Assembly: GCF_001194135.2 (NCBI RefSeq)
Contig: NC_068988.1
Coordinates: 91,512,342 to 91,576,341, forward strand
DNA length: 64,000 bases
Direction of reading: 5' to 3'
Origin: Octopus bimaculoides
Taxonomy: Eukaryota
Under the pieces are notes generated by a model. The model saw only the letters and a program-made list of their open reading frames with translations. It ran no database searches and had not been told where the DNA came from. The first letter of the stretch is position 1. The number at the start of each line of letters is the position of its first letter. Of the stretch, positions 63,822 through 64,000 are shown piece by piece. Made by a program: the position numbers and the translations under genes.

Positions 63822-64000
63822 TACATGGTGTAGCAGCATCATAGTCAACTGCTACAAAGGTAAAGGTGACGCTTTAGATACAAATAATTACAGAGGCATC
63901 AAGCTGTTAGATCATGTTATGAAAGTTACAGAGAGGGTCATAGCCCAACTAATTAGGGAGCGAATCAATTTAGATGAGATGCAGTTTGGGTTCGTGCCAG
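63822..64000 (+). mobile_element. RTE LINE reverse transcriptase fragment, running off the window end
   Basis: WCSSIIVNCYKGKGDALDTNNYRGIKLLDHVMKVTERVIAQLIRERINLDEMQFGFVP. Confidence 0.9.

Overview
This is AT-rich, repeat-dense eukaryotic genomic DNA with 8 N-gaps. The repeat families ((CAT)n-tailed RTE-type elements, tRNA-derived SINEs, RLE/Tx1/RTE LINEs, Tc1/mariner) look like those of Octopus or another coleoid cephalopod; this is an inference from recognised repeats. The window is the middle and 3' part of one large + strand gene. I reconstructed 20 GT-AG exons by hand (1808-62748; 4184 nt, about 1394 codons). They join with consistent splice phases and no stop codon, and the gene is open at both window ends. 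About 1265 residues are S/T/K/N-rich and low-complexity. The last ~130 residues align without gaps to the SYCP3 (Cor1/Xlr/Xmr) helical core, compared from memory. A long disordered linker followed by a SYCP3-like coiled coil is the architecture of the meiotic axis protein SYCP2, so the call is SYCP2-like. The introns hold a near-full-length decayed Tc1 element, mariner, Gypsy, RLE, Tx1 and RTE remnants, many SINEs and several long hairpins or MITEs. One Kolobok-like MITE has an inverted telomeric-repeat core. No CRISPR arrays, rRNA or genuine tRNA genes were seen. The most interesting observations are the unusually SYCP3-like tail with apparently shared intron positions, in-frame splice options in the linker, and exon-adjacent dsRNA-forming hairpins. 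No database search could be run, so homology calls rest on recalled sequences.
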